Below the pieces are notes generated by a model. The model saw only the letters and a list, made by a program, of their open reading frames with translations, searched no databases and was not told the origin of the DNA. Of a stretch of 64,000 nt of DNA, positions 59,301 to 64,000 are shown piece after piece (positions within the stretch are counted from its first letter, which is position 1; each line of letters opens with the position of its first letter). This DNA is from a candidate division FCPU426 bacterium (lineage in GTDB: Bacteria > Oederibacteriota > Muellerivitia > Muellerivitales > Muellerivitaceae): positions 1-64,000 of the forward strand of contig CAWHOE010000064.1 of NCBI GenBank assembly GCA_963830915.1. Direction: 5' to 3'. The translations under genes and the position numbers were made by a program.

Positions 59301-59384
59301 GGATGCCTCCAGCATTTTCCGAAGGATAAGAAAATCGTCCGGGTCATCCTCGACGACGAGCAATCGGATCTTAGGTTCAGCCAT
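56334..59384 (-). CDS. Hybrid sensor kinase REC-PAS(x4)-HisKA-HATPase-REC
   Basis: N-terminal REC, four PAS/PAC repeats, GRLAGGVAHDFNNLL, FEPFFTTK..GTGLGL, C-terminal REC; AGGAGGG RBS before MAEPK. Confidence 0.93.
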   Translation of the reverse strand: MAEPKIRLLVVEDDPDDFLILRKMLEASPNFSCEMDHVLNYDGAMIKLGLGNYDVCLLDFRLQGKTGLEFLSESNKKGYKTPVIFLTGQGDHQVDMEAMKQGAADFLHKAKLDPDRLERAIRYAMERKKAQDTLRQSEDFFRAVIENNLEGLAVIETDGRVRYTSPSVYRILGFSPDERIGANTFELLHPDDFPRVMEQFERIMREPGSSDRIEVRARHKNGSWRQMELSVRTHEFANPPSRALIMNFRDITERLEAARALEESQSRFKKIFEESPIGMGLVTSDAKVLMINPKYCQMLGYEAEELIGVSYMDFIPPEDLPEARENLEKMFRGETRFYEIERRYRRRNGEWFWGHMVVTKLNTADGAPPLAFGMMEDITEQKKAMEIKERLAEILENTPDAVISSDRAGKILSWNKGAENMYGYTADEIIGKSMKDFQPENLKDEIDELIRMVRRDGIVLNFETKRQRKDGDWFDASINISTLKEPNGIIKSLTVMTRDVTEMKKAREAQERLTDILNNTQDAIINNDLSGVILHWNKGAEKMFGYSVAEARGQKVTFLAPEGKEEEIRHLIEMAGHGKVISNFETQRRRKDGSLVDVSITISPFKDETGKVAAISAIVRDISEQKKAENALKNLEEQNKLAQKMEAVGRLAGGVAHDFNNLLSVIGGNAEFLLSGLAPDGPGREELEEIQKATKRGSDLTKQLLVFGHKDVFQATPVNLNELCGEIGKMLQRLMDATIRLTMRTQEKLPWILADAGQIQQVILNLALNSRDAMPQGGELLIETRSLDQKALKMERRPSIPPGSYVKLRVKDAGIGMSPEVQQKMFEPFFTTKGAKGTGLGLASVYGIVQKWSGHIFVESSLGMGTTVSVYFPALTVGAAVSAQAKPAVGNLHGSETILLAEDEEPLRKLLVRNLEKYGYKVLDAADGLEAVKKAWEYPDTIHFLLTDTVMPRMNGRDLAEEIARNRPDIKVLFTSGYSRGVLSDKGMIHSGIHLLQKPFELEELVRKIRELLDER

Positions 59385-59398
59385 TTTCCCCTCCTTCT

Positions 59399-59845
59399 CT
59401 AGCCGGGCAACTCGACCGTTTCCAGCCAATAACGTTGTAGATCGGTCGCCATTTTGGTTAGCCCTTCGAAATTCTCAGGTTTGGTGATGAAAGAATTAGC
59501 CCCCTGGTCGTAGCTTTTCAAGACGTCCTCCTGGGCCTTGGAGGTCGTCAAAATGATCACCGGTATATTCCTGACAGATGGATCGGTCTTGATCATGGCC
59601 AAAACTTCCCGGCCCCCCATCTTGGGCATATTCAAATCCAAGAGGATGAGACAGGGCCGGGGAGAATCCAATGGATCGGAATATTTCCCTTTTCTCCCCA
59701 GGTAATCCAACAGCTCCTCGCCGTCGAAAAACGAGCGGACAGGCCTAGACACTTTTATCTTTTTGAAGGCTTTTTCTATCATCTCTTGGTCATCCCGGTC
59801 ATCATCCACGACCAGGATGGGTGGGTTCTTGAACTCTTGGCTCAT
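59399..59845 (-). CDS. Single-domain response regulator (Rcp1-like)
   Basis: ILVVDDD, PCLILLDLNMPKMGG, IPVIILTTS, SYDQGANSFITKP; ATGA overlap with the upstream kinase. Confidence 0.93.
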   Translation of the reverse strand: MSQEFKNPPILVVDDDRDDQEMIEKAFKKIKVSRPVRSFFDGEELLDYLGRKGKYSDPLDSPRPCLILLDLNMPKMGGREVLAMIKTDPSVRNIPVIILTTSKAQEDVLKSYDQGANSFITKPENFEGLTKMATDLQRYWLETVELPG

Positions 59846-62019
59846 GCTTTCTCCCCTCTTGGCGCTTGTTTCAAAGGCAACGTGATCGAGAAAACGCAGC
59901 CGTTCCCCGGTCTCCCCTCGGCGGTGATGGTCCCCCCATGCCGTTCGACGACCTTTCGGCAAATAGCCAAACCGATGCCCGTTCCCTGGTATTCGTCCCG
60001 GCCATGGAGCCTTTCGAAGACCTTGAATATCTGGTCCTTGTATTGGTTGTCAAAACCGATGCCGTTGTCCTCGATCGATATTCGACACAAATCCCGCGTG
60101 GACGGATCCATGATACGAGCCTTGATCTTGATAAGGGGGTTGACATCCGCTCGGCGGAATTTAAGCGCGTTGCCTAAGAGATTCTGGAAAAGCTGTCTCA
60201 TCTGGGTCGGGTCCGCTTCCAGGACAGGAAGGGGATCCAGATCGACGGTCGCGCCGCATTCCTGGATCCTGGTCTCCATATCGGAGAGGACCTCCCGAAT
60301 GCTCTGGTTCAGGTCCGTCATGACGAATGGCCGGGCTTTCGAGGTGACCCGGGTCAGATCCAACAGGTCGGTGATCAAGGTTTGCATCCGATGGGCGGCG
60401 TTCTGCATCCGGTCGATATAACCCGCGCCTTCCTCGCCCAGTTTTTCCGCGTAACCGTCTTTTAGTAATGCCCCAAAGGACAGGACCTTGCGGAGGGGTT
60501 CCTGAAGGTCATGGGAAGCCACGAAGGTGAAATCCTGCATTTCTTGGTTGCTGGCCTCCAATGCCTTGTTCCGGATCCGGATCTCTTCATCTTTCTTCTT
60601 TTGGGTGACATCCCGGAAAACGACGATGCCACCCATTAAATTCCCCTTAGAATCCCTAAGTGGACGGCCCAGGACGCTGATCGTGATCCCATCCGGGTTT
60701 TTTTCGTTCCGGATGATCTGTTCCATATCGTCTGTATTCTCGCCATGGACAGCCCGCCAGGTGGCCATTTTTTCCTTCGGGTATGGCGTAACACCGTCCA
60801 TCTCAAAAATACCATATTCTTTTTGCCACTGGTCAGGGGTTCCCCCTCTCACATCGCCCAGTATTTCCTCGGCTTTTTTGTTGATAACGACCAAATTGCC
60901 TTGTTCATCGGAGACATGGACCCCCTCGCCCATGTTATCCAGGATGGAAAACAAGGTAATATCTTTTTGTTCCAGAGCCTGTTCCGCATTCATAACCGCG
61001 GTCATGTCCTTGGTGATCTTCACGAACCCCCGTGTTTTCCCTTGGTCATCCTTAAGGCTTGTCAAGACACAATCGACTTGAAGCCGGGTCCCATCCTTTC
61101 GGACCCGCCAACCCCGGTCCTCGACCCGGCCGTCCTGATCCGCCAGTCCCAAAAGACGCTGGGGTTTATTATCGGCGATGTCCTCAGAGGTAAAGAAAAG
61201 CCTGAAGTTCTTGCCGATGATCTCGGAGGCTTGATAGCCTTTGATTTTTTCCGCTCCCTTATTCCAGCTCATGACATTCCCCTGGGGGTCCAGCAAGTAA
61301 ATGGCGTAATCCTTGACCGCGTTCACGAATTTGCTGAAATTTTCCTCGCTTTCCACGAAGGATTGTTCGGCCCTCTTTCGCTCGCCGACTTCTTTTTTGT
61401 AAAAGAAAAACACGCCCAGGAAAAGGATCAAGACCACGGAAAAACGCAGGATGATCACGCCAACAAATGAACGATACGTTTCTTTTAGCTTTGATTGCTC
61501 CGAATCCAGCAGGACCGTTTCATCCCTCAATAGACCGTCCAGCAATGTCCTCATTTCGACTTTTTCATGGGCCCCCAACCCAGACCGGACCACCCGAAGG
61601 GCGCGAGCTTCTTTTCCCACTTTGTTCAACTTGAGCGATTCATCCAACTCAACCAACCGGTTTTGGACGAATCCCTCAAGTGTAGATATCTTGTTCTCCA
61701 TTTCGGGGGTAAGATCGGTCAGTCCATGGATGGCCCGGAACTTGACGCCGATATCGGATTTGGCCTTCACGCCGTCGTTCAAAAGATCCCGTCTGCCTGT
61801 GAGAAGATATCCCAGCTGTCCATTTTCGATGTCCTGCAAGTCGGACAATATCCCTTGGAATATCTCGATCGAGCGATGGGTTTGATCGACCTGGCGCACC
61901 AAACCCGATACTCCGTTAAAACTATGGTAGGAAATTCCACCGATGAGGAAGAGAGTGGCGAGTACGATCGTGAACCCGACATAAACGTTAAGGAGGATGG
62001 ATGTAGGTTTGGAACTCAT
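59842..62019 (-). CDS. CHASE3-PAS-PAS sensor histidine kinase
   Basis: TM-CHASE3 (DIENGQLGYLLTG)-TM, two PAS domains, VASHDLQEPLRK, FERLHG..GTGIGLA. Confidence 0.92.
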   Translation of the reverse strand: MSSKPTSILLNVYVGFTIVLATLFLIGGISYHSFNGVSGLVRQVDQTHRSIEIFQGILSDLQDIENGQLGYLLTGRRDLLNDGVKAKSDIGVKFRAIHGLTDLTPEMENKISTLEGFVQNRLVELDESLKLNKVGKEARALRVVRSGLGAHEKVEMRTLLDGLLRDETVLLDSEQSKLKETYRSFVGVIILRFSVVLILFLGVFFFYKKEVGERKRAEQSFVESEENFSKFVNAVKDYAIYLLDPQGNVMSWNKGAEKIKGYQASEIIGKNFRLFFTSEDIADNKPQRLLGLADQDGRVEDRGWRVRKDGTRLQVDCVLTSLKDDQGKTRGFVKITKDMTAVMNAEQALEQKDITLFSILDNMGEGVHVSDEQGNLVVINKKAEEILGDVRGGTPDQWQKEYGIFEMDGVTPYPKEKMATWRAVHGENTDDMEQIIRNEKNPDGITISVLGRPLRDSKGNLMGGIVVFRDVTQKKKDEEIRIRNKALEASNQEMQDFTFVASHDLQEPLRKVLSFGALLKDGYAEKLGEEGAGYIDRMQNAAHRMQTLITDLLDLTRVTSKARPFVMTDLNQSIREVLSDMETRIQECGATVDLDPLPVLEADPTQMRQLFQNLLGNALKFRRADVNPLIKIKARIMDPSTRDLCRISIEDNGIGFDNQYKDQIFKVFERLHGRDEYQGTGIGLAICRKVVERHGGTITAEGRPGNGCVFSITLPLKQAPRGEKA

Positions 62020-62350
62020 CGAACTTTCCTTTGCGAAGGATGGGTAATGGATGTTCGTTGGTTGAGCTTTCTTTATTATAAAATATTTGCGACATTAACT
62101 GTGCGGTATCAGGACCAACCCGGCCGAATTGTTCGATCCTGGGTAAAATTTACCCAATTTCAAAAAGCAAAACATAATTAAAGGTTTTGGGGCCGGCGTA
62201 AAAAGGACAATAAATCAGCGTTTTCTGAAATGTCGGTTTGCACGCCCCCATTGGGTTTCCCGAAGGAAACATAAAAAAGGACCCTGGAAAGAATTCCCCC
62301 CTCCTTTTTACCACCGTCATTCCGTAACAATAAGGAAAGGGAGGACGACC

Positions 62351-63196
62351 ATGGAAAACATCAGGGATGTCTCGACCGTCATCAAAGGACAAATGACTTC
62401 CGACGGGGCCGGCGTGAAATTGAAACGCGTCCTGGGCAGCCAGGAGTTGACGCAATGGGACCCCTTCTTGTTGCTCGACGAGTTCAAGAACGATGATCCC
62501 GACCATTACATGGCTGGCTTCCCGGACCACCCCCACCGGGGTTTCGAGACCATTACCTACCTTTTGGCCGGGGCCTTTACACACCGTGATTCCCGGGGCA
62601 ACGAGGGACATCTGAAAGCCGGGTCGGTCCAATGGATGACCGCGGGCAAGGGCGTTATCCACAGTGAAATGCCGGAGCAATCTGACGGTTTATCCTGGGG
62701 TTACCAGCTCTGGCTGAACCTTCCGGCGAAACTGAAGATGGTCGAACCCCGCTACCAGGATGTCCCATCCGAGGATATCCCGGTGGTCGAAAAGGACGGG
62801 GTGAAGGCCAAGATCATCGCGGGAGAATATGGCGGCAAGAAAAGCGGGACCAAGACCTGGTACCCGGTCACTTATTTCGACCTTCATCTCGCCTCAGGCG
62901 CTGTCTTCGAGCATCCCGCGCCGGCCGACCAGAACGCTTTCATTTACGTCATCGAGGGAAAGGTCAAATCCGGGCCGGAAGGAAAAGTTTCATCCATTTC
63001 CCAGGGACATCTTGGCGTCTTCGGTCCTGGCGACCGTGTGAAAGTGGAAGCCGAGGGCGGGAAACCAGCCCGCCTGCTTTTCGCTTCCGCCCAAAGGTTG
63101 GAAGAACCCATCGTCCGGGGCGGTCCCTTCGTGATGAACACCATGGGAGAGCTGAAACAGGCCTTCCTGGATTATCAGACCGGCAAGCTCGGTTGA
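62351..63196 (+). CDS. Pirin family protein
   Basis: DGAGV, DPFLLLD, GFPDHPHRGFETITY, QWMTAGKGVIHSE, QLWLNLP, GPFVMNT. Confidence 0.96.
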   Translation: MENIRDVSTVIKGQMTSDGAGVKLKRVLGSQELTQWDPFLLLDEFKNDDPDHYMAGFPDHPHRGFETITYLLAGAFTHRDSRGNEGHLKAGSVQWMTAGKGVIHSEMPEQSDGLSWGYQLWLNLPAKLKMVEPRYQDVPSEDIPVVEKDGVKAKIIAGEYGGKKSGTKTWYPVTYFDLHLASGAVFEHPAPADQNAFIYVIEGKVKSGPEGKVSSISQGHLGVFGPGDRVKVEAEGGKPARLLFASAQRLEEPIVRGGPFVMNTMGELKQAFLDYQTGKLG

Positions 63197-63408
63197 AACT
63201 TTTAACTAGCCGAATTAAAACCTCAGCTTGCTCGATAAAACGATCGGTTCTTTTTTTGTTTCCAACTTTTTCCCGACATTTCAAGGAAGTTTTTCGACCT
63301 CTCCCGTCAAAAGGGTTGTCCGAGCTTTTGGTTTGACGTAGGCTACTTGGAATTCAAGAAACCACCTCGAAGCGCTTCTCATTTTGACCCGATGGCAGAG
63401 GATAATTC

Positions 63409-63750
63409 ATGGAAGAATATCGTTTGGCCGGACACCATGTCCGCATCGTCTGGAAAGAACTGGCTCCCAAGACAAGCAACAAACCGGAACAGACCGTTTT
63501 CAGGGGACAGGTTTCCCATCAGGACATCTCCGGTCTCTGGCTCTGGGGGAATTTTTTCGTGGAAAAGGTCGACACCATTTCGGTGCGGGAAATGCCCAAG
63601 GACAAGGAAGCTGAGGCTCGGCTCTATTTCGCGCCCTGGTCTTCCATCGAGGTCGTCCAGATCGTCCTGGAGAACACCCGCGACTTCGACGTTCACAAGC
63701 TCGTGCTATCCCGGCGGGGCGATAATCCCAAGGAAACCCACCCCCGCTGA
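63409..63750 (+). CDS. Hypothetical protein (possible Sm/LSm-like fold)
   Basis: GAGG RBS; 113 aa; followed by a terminator. Confidence 0.65.
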   Translation: MEEYRLAGHHVRIVWKELAPKTSNKPEQTVFRGQVSHQDISGLWLWGNFFVEKVDTISVREMPKDKEAEARLYFAPWSSIEVVQIVLENTRDFDVHKLVLSRRGDNPKETHPR

Positions 63751-63777
63751 CTTCAAATTTTCCGGTAGCCCCAAAAT

Positions 63778-63812
63778 AAAAAACCCGGCGGTCATTTGAC
63801 TGTCGGGTTTTT
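63778..63812. terminator. Bidirectional terminator between convergent genes
   Basis: AAAAAACCCGGCGGTC-attt-GACTGTCGGGTTTTT. Confidence 0.8.
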
Positions 63813-63834
63813 AGTTTTTATGCCCCGCTTATTG

Positions 63835-64000
63835 TTAAAGCTCTTCTTGCCTGTCGATCAGGTCCTGAACGCTCTTGACGGTGATCTTGCCCCTGGCGCT
63901 GGAGACCAACCCTTCCTTCTCCAGTCCGGAAAAGGTACGGATACAGGTTTCCACGGTCGTTCCGGTCATTTCAGCGATCTCCCTGCGGGTCAAGGGAATG
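63835..64000 (-). CDS. Crp/Fnr-family regulator, C-terminal HTH (partial)
   Basis: Hand-translated IPLTRREIAEMTGTTVETCIRTFSGLEKEGLVSSARGKITV..EEL*. Confidence 0.88.
   Translation of the reverse strand, partial: IPLTRREIAEMTGTTVETCIRTFSGLEKEGLVSSARGKITVKSVQDLIDRQEEL

Overview
Bacterial chromosomal window, probably from a long-read metagenome assembly of a diderm that is not a Bacteroidota (inferred from strong Shine-Dalgarno sites, sigma54 promoters and a PorV-like outer-membrane barrel). In order it holds: (1) a probable chimeric start, where a GC-rich alpha-2-macroglobulin-like fragment abuts a truncated kdpA, then three small membrane ORFs including kdpF and divergent kdpDE; (2) a ~17 kb minus-strand cluster of secreted plant-polysaccharide enzymes (GH28, two PL4, a clan GH-A hydrolase, CBM3 modules, very long Thr/Pro linkers). 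All end in T9SS-like C-terminal sorting domains (CTDs) and lie downstream of an ECF sigma / FlgD-Ig anti-sigma / PorV-TPR / cargo operon; (3) a MerR-GyrI regulator, a 44-bp minisatellite, metH and transporters, including an APC permease-PII fusion under a consensus sigma54 promoter; (4) tRNA-Ser/Ala/Arg/Asn, tadA, SRP RNA and dnaX-ybaB-recR, with duplicated tRNA ends, palindromic inserts and a GIY-YIG nuclease; (5) rmlBAC, uppP and other housekeeping genes; (6) two-component signalling genes, pirin and a partial Crp/Fnr gene. Four single-base frameshifts (kdpD, one PL4, dnaX, a receiver gene) look like sequencing errors. Best novelty candidates: a possible secretion-sensing ECF/anti-sigma/PorV circuit outside Bacteroidota, the APC-PII fusion, and a tRNA-end/palindrome/GIY-YIG element family. 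All family calls come from motif recognition by eye; no searches were run.
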